A stretch of 64,000 bases of DNA from Octopus sinensis (Eukaryota), in assembly GCF_006345805.1 (NCBI RefSeq), contig NC_043000.1, positions 6,014,001-6,078,000 on the forward strand, in the 5' to 3' direction. A model generated the notes under the pieces. It had not been told where the DNA came from. It saw only the letters and a program-made list of their open reading frames with translations, and made no database searches. The position numbers and the translations under genes are program-made. Positions 37,201-49,200 of the stretch are shown piece by piece; within the stretch, counting starts at the first letter, position 1, and the number at the start of each line of letters is the position of its first letter.

Positions 37201-40200
37201 ACCCCCAATTAAGACAAAATTCGAGAAAACTCAATATTTTAACATTTCACTCCGAAAGCATTGATGTACATGTGTGTGTGCGTGAGTGTGTGCATGTGTG
37301 TGTTTGATGGGTTGTGCGACACAGAAAGTGTGGTGTGTAAGTGAAGTGCTTTTGTTAGTGTGTGTAAAGAGACAGACAGAGTGAAAGACAGAAATAACTG
37401 AACTTTTTTTATTCACTTTTTGTAGTGAGTGACTGAGAGAGAAAAGAGAGAGAGAGGTTATGTATGTATATATGTATGTATGGCTTCAGTGACACACACA
37501 CACAAAAACACATACCTACGTACACCTAAAGCACGCACACACACACACACAAGCGGAGCGCGAACTTCAAAATTTTGGTAGTATTAATTTGCGAGCGTAC
37601 TTCTAAGCGCGCGTAATTGAAAGTTTTTACTATGATATCATCACGTGCGAAAAAATTCGAAGGGTTTTGAACAATTGAGATACACATGTCACGCCTGTAT
37701 TGAAACCATTGCTAAGCTGCCGTAATTGCTTAATTAAGACTTTGTTTAAATTGAAAGGGGCAAATATGTGACGAGGTTGAAAAAAAAACCCCAGAAAAAA
37801 AATGTACTGCTAGTATTTATATAATTCACTACTATTTTGCTACAATGTCATGAAAAAGAAAAAATTTAGGTATGTAAATCGAATTCGCCACCCCCTTTTC
37901 CCCGTTCGCGTTTGTGTAAAAAAAATTATTATTTAAGTTTTAAAAATTATTTACTTTGTTCAAAAAATATTAATATTAATTGATTTTCAAGAATTATTTA
38001 ATTTTATTCTGTAAAATAGTAATTAATTCATTTATCTGTAAATCCGCGAGGTTGTTACTCAGGCACCTAGAATGGTAACCTTCAACTAACACTATCTCCT
38101 CCGAGACCCTGCGGCGCAAGTTGACCAAAATTGAGAGTATGGTAGAAGAAGGGTTGCTCTTCCTTCCGTAGAACATAAAATTCAAATCGGACCATGTTAA
38201 CACCAAAAATTATTTACATCAAAAAGATGCTTTTTTCTTTGAAAATCCCTATTTTTTACGATTTTTTCACTGCTGTGTCGCCACTTTTCGGTGTATTTCG
38301 ACCAGAAAAATGTTCACAAAATTTTTACTTTTCAAAATTACAATTCCAGCGGGTCGAAACAAACCTGAGCAACGCCGGGCGATACTGCTAGTACCTAATA
38401 AAGAAAATTGCCGCTTCACACAGTTTGACATTTGCAGTTATTATTCCATGATTACTGTAATGCTATCATTTTTACTAAGAATTTTTGCAAATTATTACAT
38501 CATGATTATCAATTAATGCCTGTTTTCCACCTTCGTATGGGTTGGATGGTTTGATAGGATCCAGCAAGTGGCAAGGCTATGTCAAGTCTCTAATATCAGC
38601 TTAGGCATGGTTTCTTTGGTTAGATGCCCTTCCTAATGCCATCCACAGTGAAGAGTGTACCATTTTGTGCCACTGACACTAGTGAGGTTTCTAAGTAAGT
38701 TGCACTACCAGAAAGAACAGGAAACGGAAAAAGAAAAAAAGGAAAAAAATCCTCCTCGGCTAAGTGGGAGAGAGGTAGTTTTATACCAAGTGTTGGGGGT
38801 CAAAGAATGATAGGACAAGCACAGGAGTCTTGCTATAGTGAATATACTTGGCTATCCCACATTACATAAGAGTGGAATTAGCTGGGAAGAACATACAATG
38901 GTAGTGAAGGGGTGCCAGAGAAGAGAAGATGGTAGTAATGGGGAAATTAGTTCAAGAAAATCAATTCTTTATTATAACAGCATCAGAATACCCAGAGATA
39001 AAAGAAAAGAAAAGAAATCAAAACAAAAAATTCCTAATGTGCTTTTTGATGTTAGTAATAAAGTAAAGGATTTGTTTGAAGATTAGTGATATAATAGGAT
39101 TATATATACACTGAGTTAACCTATATTCTTCAAGGTCTCTAAGGGATGAAGACCTTTTAATTCTCAGAAATTTTAACAATAAAAATACTAAGAAAATACT
39201 GAAACATTCCAAAAAGAGCTCTATAACTTTTTCGAGAAATTTAACTTGAAAATAACAGTTGAGCCTAACTTTAAAGTAAATAACTATCTTGACGTGACAC
39301 TCAACTGAAACAATGTACTATTTTCACCAAATTAGAAAATTAGTGATTCAAAACATTTCATTAATAGATTTTGCACCCATTCCAAAATATTTTTGATAAT
39401 CATTATGCATTTCCCACCTCTCTTTAAATGAGTCTTTTTTCAATGGCACCTCCTCAGTATTATAAAGATGTTCTGAAATGTTATGGTTTCATTGGTAAAA
39501 TTAGATATATTAGAAGAGAGCACAGAATTTTGTCAGTGAACAGGTTGTGGACTCAAAGCGCCGAAAATATTTTCACAAATTAAATTTAAATGTTGAAGTG
39601 AATGTAACGGTTTTTGTGTGTTTCTTAAATGGCTTATAAACACCTTTCACGCTGCAATTGTTTTTGTTTCCGTACACGATCTCAGATCACGTCACTTGCT
39701 ATGCAAGTACATCTCCGTAATCCAACATCTATCACCAACAAAAAATAGATAAATAAAAATAAAAATAGGAGCAAGAATATAATTCCTGACCCCAGAAGGA
39801 AAAATTTTCATCAAGTTGTATAAAAAAATGATCCTCAGATATACGTGTTAAAAATCTGTATAAACCATTTTGTTAGCAAATTTCTATTGAAATACACTGC
39901 CTTTGTAACAGTTAATTTCTAGGTTTTCTAGTAACCTTTTGTTAGGTATTCACATACATTAAATATAACAAGAGTAACTTCCCCTTTTAATGGTTCTATG
40001 AGCTGCATTCATGGACGTACAATACTCAAATCTGACAAGGTTGTGTATCAAGTACAGTTAGTTGTCGGAGTACTGCATCCTTCAAAACTTCTATGCTTCC
40101 TGAGATTCACCAACACTACACCTGATTTTCTCCCCTCCATGCACACGCAAGCATGTATCTGACTCATACACTGTTCGCTTTCCAGACATTTGTACATTAC

Positions 40201-43200
40201 TGCATATGCTTTATACGCACTTTTGACAAGTTGTGGTGCACCTGAGCACTGTATACAATAATTTCATTATTATTGAATAACTTTCTCTACATAACTACCA
40301 GACACTTAGTTGATTGTTTACCACATATAATTAATACTGCAGTCTGAACATTCATAATTATTTATGGAAAAAGAATTACAATTAAAATACCCCAAAAGAC
40401 TTTTAGTTCAGTATTTCATTTCTTTCCCAAATATCATTATAAATTGTTTATATTCTGATGGATGCTTATTCCTAATATTCTACTCTAACATCTGAAGAGA
40501 AAATCAAGTAAACTTTAAGAAAGCGATTCTATTTCAAATGACAGTTAAATATTTTTTATCTTTTAAGAAACTTCATCTGCCATCACATCACACACACACA
40601 CACATATCAAATACCTCTTTTATTTTACTCCCACTTTTCCTCATACTATCACCTAAACTCTTCACTAGTTGATATATGCCCTACTGTAACAATTTTTATT
40701 TTAAATATCATTTTTGAATAATTCAAAGATGAAACTATGATAAAACAGTATTTCTGAATTTGTTTGGCTTTACTATTTACTTGACACACATATGTAGGTG
40801 TGTGTATATGTTTGTGTGTCTGTGTTTGTACCCCCCCCCCCCAACATCACTTGACAACCGATGCTGGTGTGTTTACGTCCCCGTAACTTAGCGGTTCGGC
40901 AAAAGAGACTGATAGAATAAGTACTAGGCTTGCAAAGAGTAAGTCCTGGGGTCAATTTGCTCGACTAAAGGTGGTGCTCCAGCATGGCCACAATCAAATG
41001 ACTGAAACAAGTAAAAGAGTATATATTTGGTTTTAAAAGTGTGCTTGTGTGTATGATTATATATACACACACCTAATATACATGTATGTATATTATTTGG
41101 CTTTTAAGGTACATGAGTGACTCAAGGGTTGAGAATTTCACTTACCAAATGTGACATCTCAACTGAACAAATACATATAAATTATTTTTTCCTAATTCAT
41201 GGACCTCTATCATTGATTGTCTTTGAACTAAAATTTAACATTTAATGAAAATGTAAAGAAGAAAATATACCACCTACTTTTTTACCCTTTCTCCAAGGCA
41301 AGCAATCATGTCCATTGTTTGCTGTACCTGAAGGCAAACCTCCTGTATAGCTTGTAGTTTTTCCTTTAAGGACTTTTTCTCTTCCTGTATAAAAGATACA
41401 AACTAATAATTTTATTACAGTTTTATATTTAAGAGATGAGGAATTATGTACATTATTTACATTTGATGGATATTTGCCCTCATCTTGTTTGTTGTTAATA
41501 CAGCGTTTTGGCTGATATCTCCTCTAGCCTTCATCAGGTGTCTTGGGAAATTTCGAACCTGGGTTCTCATTCTTAAGGTATTTTTCAATGTTGTTGTTAT
41601 TATTATCATCATTATTATTATTATTGTTATTCTTCAGGTCACTGCTTGGTTTGAACTCAGAATCTTTGAGTTAGTAGCCCACGCTCTTAACCACTATGCC
41701 ATATGCCCATGGGCGTATGGCATAGTGGTTCTGTCAAATGTAAATAATGTAATAATTTTATGATTCAAACAGAAAAAAGTGCCATTTGATGGTCATTCAC
41801 TCAGTTACTTAATAATTTGCTTTAAAGTACATTTGACAAATCGTCTGAGGATAATTATTATCAAGGCTTGACTCTTTGGTTGTCCTGTTTCTGTTAAAAT
41901 ACACTGCCTTTCTCTAAGCAAAGTAAATCTGGTGATTTGCTATGCTTGAGAAGACATGCTAAGCTAAGTAAAATCATGGTCTCCTTCTCTCAGTTGTGTG
42001 TGTGTGTCTTTATCTTGCAAGCTATTTGGTAGCCCTACTGGTACCACATAAAAAGCACCTTCGCTGGTGCCTTGTTAAAAGCACTTTTGGTGGTGCCACA
42101 TGAAAAGCAGCATGTGGTTGGTAAGCAAGCTACATACCACACAGCCACTACTACCTCTCTATATATATACATTAATGAAATTTTGCTGAAAAGCTTTAAT
42201 TAATTTTAAGACTGAGTTTGCATCCTACAACCAATGGCAGTTTCAGGTGGTTTGGTTTCAAAATATTTTACTATCAGAGATCAGTACAGAATTTATAATA
42301 TCATCATTATTTAACATACGTTTTCCATGCTGCCATAGATTGAACAGTTTGACAGGAGCTGGAGAGCAATTATCTGTTTTGGCATGGTTCCTAGGGCTGG
42401 ATGCCCTTCCTAATACCAACCACTTTACAGTGTGTACTGGGAGCTTTTTATGTGGCACCAGCATGGTTGCTTTCCACAAGGCACTGACATGGATTCCTTT
42501 TCACATGGCACCAGCATGAGTGAGATTTACATGACACCGACATGGTTGCTTTTTACATGATGCAGGCATGGGTGCTTTTTACGTGGCATTGACACTAAAA
42601 GGCAGGGTTGCCAAGTGACTTGCAAGACTAAGGCCTCTTAGTTGAGAGAAAGAGTGAAACTGAAAGAAGTGGCTGCGTACCAGGCGAGAGGTTACAGTAT
42701 GACAGAGGGGCAGAAATAGTTGTCTTACTACAGAGGAGATACTCCAGTACAACAAGGAAGGAGAAGGAAGTTAGTGAGAAAGATAGGACACTGTCACATG
42801 TCACATGTTGTCAAATACTTTGCAACTAGAATTTGGTGGTAAACAGAAACTGCACGAAAGCTTGTCATGTGTGTGTGTGTGTGTGTGTGTATATAAATAT
42901 ATGTGTGTGTGTGTATATATATATATATAGATACATGGAGGTGCAATGGCTCAGTGATTAGGGCAGCAGACTTGTGATCGTAGGATCACGGTTTCAATTC
43001 CCAGACCGGGCATTGTGAGTGCTTATTGGGCAAAGACATCTAAAGCTCCACGAGGCTCCAGCAGGGGGTGGTGGCGATCCCTGCTGTATTCTTTCACCAC
43101 AACTTTCTCGCACTCTTCTGTTGGCCTGCTCGCTTAGCCAGTGGGGTGGCGTCATTTGAAGGCTAAAACAATGCGAAGCGCATTGTAACCAGCGATGTGT

Positions 43201-43229
43201 AGCAACATCTGATAGCCTGGTTGGTCACG

Positions 43230-43297
<68 letters not shown>

Positions 43298-46200
43298 TGT
43301 ATGTGCATGCATATATGCGCACACGTGTGTGTGTGTGTGTGTGTGTGCGCGCGCACATGTGTGAATTTGTGTCTCCTTCTTGACCTCGTACAACAGTTGT
43401 AAATGAGTCCCACCATCATACAAGCAGTGTCATTCATTTCCAGTCTTCTGAGAAAATATGTATGGCTTTAGGGAAATATTACATTGCTTGCTAATAGAAT
43501 TGGCAACAGGACGGGCATCTGGCCATAGAAAATCTGCTCCAAAGAATTCCTCTTGACTTATGGAAACATGGATACTAAAATGATGATGATGATAGGTATG
43601 TATGTATATAACACATCAACAAACTTACAGAATGCTCTTTTTCATCCTTATGATATTCATTCTTTCTGATTAAGATTCAATGCAATTCAACCCATGCTAG
43701 CATGGGAAACGGACATTAAACGACGATGATGATGATGATGGTGATGATGATGTTCATTTGGATATATATGCAACAATTATTTCTCCTGTGTAGAATTATT
43801 TGTGATATATATGTATGAAACTGAAGCCTAATGTCATAAGCACATTTCATCATGACCAATATTCCTACTTAAAGCTACTTTGATTACCAAAACCCAGATG
43901 AGACGGTGAACAAAGCTATTTTGATTTCTATTTCACAGTTTTGTTTCATTTCAGTTGAATATACAGTTCTCTGCAAACTCACAATTCTAGTCCAGGGTCT
44001 TTACATTACAATCACGTAAAAACAAAAACATTTCAAGTGACGAACCTTTTCTTTATCCTCCTCCTCTTCTTCTTCATCATCATCTACATAGTCCTGAAAA
44101 ATACAAAAACAGGGAAATACATGAAAATATGATTAAAGAAATATTAATCCATCTTTCTTGGTTTCACCTGTTTTAAAGATAAAAAAAATATTTTACCATT
44201 TACACCTAGATTAGGTTTGATCAAAAGTTTTATGCATAATGGAAATAAAACACCTGGCAATGATTGGACAACCAAATTGAACAAAATGTAGGAGAGAAGA
44301 AAATATTTAAAACAAAAATTCATATCTGAAAAATAATGAGACTAATAGTTTAAAAAATTATAATCTTATAAATAAGAATCCATAATTCCATTCACATTTA
44401 GGATGCTTTATAGGAAAATTTAATTGATATTTTATTTTAACGACCATGGAATGATAAAAAGCAAAGTCGATTTAACACAGAACACAAATTACCATAACTA
44501 AATAGGACATGGTGTTCAAAAGAGACGACTGCACTGGTTTGGTCATATCTTGTGAATGAATAAGGTCAGCTGTGTGAAAAAGTGTCACACCCAAACAGTT
44601 GAGGGAGCCTATGGAAGAGGTAGACCCAGGAAGACATGGGATGAGGTGGTGAAGCACGACCTTTGAACATTGGGCCTTACCGAGGAAATGACTAGTGACC
44701 AAGAACTTTGGAGATATGCTGTGCTTGAGAAGACCCAAAAAGTCAAGTGAGACCATAGCCTATGCCAGTTGGTGTAGCCAGCCCACTTATGAGTATCCCT
44801 CGTTCATTGGACAATAAACTTTGCTTGCGAAGACCTGTTGGGGCAAGTGAAGTCAAAATCAAAATCACTGATGACAGTACTGCCTGATTGGAATGTGCCA
44901 GTGGAATGTTAAAAGCACATCCGAGCATGATTGTTGCCAGGGCCACGGGTTGGCTCCTGTGCTGGTGGCACATAAAGAGCAGGATTTGAGCATTGCCTTA
45001 CTGACACATGTGCCGGTGGCACATTAAAGACAGCATTTGAGTGTGGTCATTGCCAGTGCTGTCAGACTGGCTCCCATGCAGGTAGCACGTAAAACACACC
45101 TTTTGAGCGTGGTTGTTGCCAGAACCGCCTGACCGGTCCTCTTGCCAGTGGCAAGTAAAGCACCCACTACACTCTCAGAGTGGTTTGGCATTAGGAAGGG
45201 CATCCAGCTGTGGAAACTTTGCCAGATCAGATTGGAGCCTGGTGCAGCCTTCTGGCTCACCAATTCTCAGTCAAACTGTCCAACCCATGCCAGCATGGAA
45301 AGCGGACGTTAAATGACAATGACAATGAATTGCTGCAAGGTATTTTGTTGATTGCTCTACCAATTCTGCCATGCCACAGCCTCAGACATATGTACAAGTA
45401 AATAAAACAAATTATTGGAAATATGCAGAAAATGGTTACTTACTTCTGAAGATGGTTCTTTAACAAAATTGTCCATAACCATAGCAATAATTAAATTTTT
45501 GATAAATATAATGAGTAGTGTAACAGGTAGCATATATAGTTCAAAGTTCCATACAACCATAACGTAAACCTGTGAATATATTATAAAGAAAAAAAAAAAG
45601 AAAGATTAAATATGGTTTTAGATTCCACATCCATATCAGATACATAAAATAATGTCAGTGAAAAAGAAGTAAGCATAATTTGAAATTTTAACACTTGTGA
45701 TACCATCCTACACAAGACTGGCCCTGGTTTGCTGATACAAATGTCCTGTTATAAAATTATTTAAATTAACAACTTTCTCCTCTCAGTTTCTCTCTCTCTC
45801 TCTCGTTGTCATCATCATCATCATCATCATCATCTAGCATCCGTTTTCCATGCTGACATAGGTTAGGCAGTTTGATTGGTTTGTAAAAATGTATACGGTA
45901 ACGTCCTTTAACATTATTGTATATAACATAATGCAAACGTGTAGCTTTTTTGTGCATTTTGTTTGCAGAAAATAAAGAAATAACAGAAATAACGTTTAAT
46001 AAATGTTGCTTACTGCAAATTATGGATGATTCTTTTATGACTTCATTGCTTTCAGGCTTAGCTTAAGGTATTTTCATGCCCAACATCATAAAATGTGTCT
46101 GAATAAACATTGCCGGACAGCAAATAAAGACTCAGACATTGCTTAGAAAATAATTTTCATTTTTAACCTCGTATATAGTACACGCTAGGGATTTTGACCT

Positions 46201-49200
46201 TTAGATTTTGGGAAAAAGTGCAGATTATACTCGAGGATTTATGGTAGATTAAAACAGAAAATGATTGTTAAAATTCACCCATAAATGAAGGAGCTTATTA
46301 AAAAAATAATACTTACAATAAAGGCAGTGATACTCCGTGGTTTAGACTCGTAGTCAAAACAACTCTGAATAAATTTTCCCGTTTCAACAAAAGAAGATAC
46401 AATCTGAGAGACTCGGTTGATATTTCTCTTCATTACCTACAAATGGGAAACAGAAACATAAAGCTAATTAATGACCACTAAACAGAACAAGAGCAAGAGT
46501 CAGAAAAGGGGTCAATATTGCTCCCTGGAGAGTCTATGTGCTTATCTAAGGAGTTGATAAACACACGAAATGAGTTTCAGTATTAAAGGAACTGAATTAT
46601 AAGCAAGCTGTTTTCCAACTTGAATACAACTTGATTTAAAAAGTTTAACTGAAATATACAATATGGAAACTGAAAATGCCTTGTCACATTGTTGGTATAT
46701 ACCTAGTAAATATGCAATGCTAGCAGGCCAATTGGTGAGCCAATCTTTATATATAAAGCTGAAGTTGTCTGTGTGTGGCAAGTTTAGTAGCCTTCAACTA
46801 ACACTATCTCCTCCGAGACCCTGTAGTGCAAGTTGACCAAAATTGAGTGTATGATAGAAGAAGGCTTGCTCTTCATTCCGTAGAAGATAAAATTCAAATT
46901 GGACCATGTTAACACCAAAAATTATTTACATCAAAAAGGTGCTTTTTTTCTATGAAAATTCCTATTTTTTACGATTTTTTGACTGCTATGTCATAATTTT
47001 TCAGTGTATTTCAACCAGAAAAACATTCACTTAAAGAGAATAACAAGCTACATAATGCAAAATTTTTAGTTTTCAAAAATTCCAATTCTAAAGGGTCGAA
47101 AAGAAAACAAACCCAAGCAACGCTGGGCTATACTGCTAGTTAAGGATAAGCACACACTTTCCATGAAACCATTGTAATAGAGACACTCAATACTAGAGTG
47201 CACTTATTGCCTAGAATGGTTTCATTTGTCTGACAATTTTGACTTTACTCTAATTCATACAAATTTCTGGCCAAATATCAACGCAGTAACTAGGTTCCAT
47301 GAAGCATATATTTCACGTTAAATGTTCCGAATATATCAGTATAACATGACTAAAAATTTATTCATGGTTCTTTATCAGTTTCATTAAATATTTTCGTTAA
47401 ATTTCATTAAATATTCCTTATTAAAAAGCAGTAATGACACAAAATAATGAAGGAAATGTTTTTAAATCAAAAATTTTTTTTATTAATTAATTACACACAA
47501 CTATCATGCGATAACAGGACAAAGAAATGATAATACCAACACACACATAACAGATTTCTTTCAGCTTTTTTACTATGTACTCAACCATACACAAATCTTT
47601 TGTCCTTTAGCTGGCCTGGTGTTATAATAAAAAACATTTGCCCTAAGCATCACACAACAGAACTGAACCCCAAACCATGTCGTTGAGAAACTAACTTCTT
47701 AACCACACAGCCATACCTGCACATAGACGAAAGGTGATACCTGTAGCAAGCTTGCAACTCATATATTTTGAACCAACAGTCTAGTATTGTAATTATTCAT
47801 TATGAGATGAAAATGTGTGTTCATACAATATTTCATGAAAGGCAACCCTTTTAGATTTAAAATTAAAGGATTATTTAGTAGACAGTAAATTGATTAGTCT
47901 AGAAAATTTACGCTGAAAATTATCCTCACAACTAAACTGATAGACAATTCTCTTCCATTGTTTTAAACTATGTCATTCATTCAACTATGCTATAAGGCAT
48001 AAATCATCATCATCATTGTTTAACGTCTGCTTTCCATGATGGCATGGGTTGGATGATTTAACTGAGGTCTGGCAAACCAGATGGCTGCATCAGACTCCAA
48101 TCTGATCTGGCAGAGTTTCTACAGCTGGATGCCCTTCCTAATGCCAACTACTCTGAGAGTGTAGTGGGTGCTTTTATGTGCCACAGGCACGAGGGCCAGT
48201 CAAGCAGTACTGGCAACGGCCATGCTCAAATGGTGCTTTTTATGTGCCACCTGCACAGGGGCCAGTCCAGCAGCACTGGCAATGACCTCGCTCAAATGTT
48301 TTTTCATGTGCCACCAGCACAAGTGCCAGTAAGGTGACGCAGGTAACGATCACGCCTGAATGGTGCTTTTTACGTACCACCGGCACGGAAGCCAGTTTGT
48401 TGCTCTGGCAATGATCATGCTCGGATGATACTCTTAGCACTCCACTAGCATGGATGCCAGTCATCAAATTTGATTTCGATTTCGATAAATAGATATACTA
48501 ATCAGCCTCAGTAGACAAAGTTATAATAAACAAATTGTGATATGGTTTGAATAATGAACCAAAGCTAGCAAGCCAGAAGTTCCATAATTTTTGGTGAAAT
48601 TTTTTCTTTAATCAAAACTTTATACATTCACCGTACATGCAGATAATAAAAATAAGAATTCAACATACTGAAATTTTGAATTTTTGTTCAGCTTGCATAT
48701 ATTTATCTTCTTTGGGATTCACAGTACGAATTGCTGCTTTTATCTGTAAATAAAATTAGATTAGTAACCTTAAATTTAATCCAAAATTTTTCTACACACA
48801 ATATGTAACTGTTATCATCAACATTTTAACATCATCTAAAACAACATCTATAATACAATGTGTTGTCATTCTTATTAAATCGTTTAATGTATACTTATTA
48901 TTATGATGATATTCCACGTCTATTTTCACAAAGGGTTCATCAAATAATACTTTTCAATTTGCTGCAGACACTAGCATTAAAATGAATTGAACTGAGATGG
49001 GGCAAGTTATAAAGAAATTTTTTATGAAAGTATTTACTGATATATCATCATCATCATCATCATCATCATTTAGCGTCCGTTTTCCATGCTAGCATGGGTT
49101 GGACGGTTCTACTGGGGTCTGTGAAGCCAGAAGGCTTCATCAGGCCCAGTCAGATCGGGCAGTGTTTCTACGGCTGGATGCCCTTCCTAACGCCAACCAC

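Noticed and set aside
41635-41708. Possible tRNA gene (also the tRNA-like heads at 2194, 32257, 42936 and 51955)
   Set aside because: The acceptor stem does not pair and the heads continue into repeat bodies. These are SINE-type heads, not functional tRNAs.
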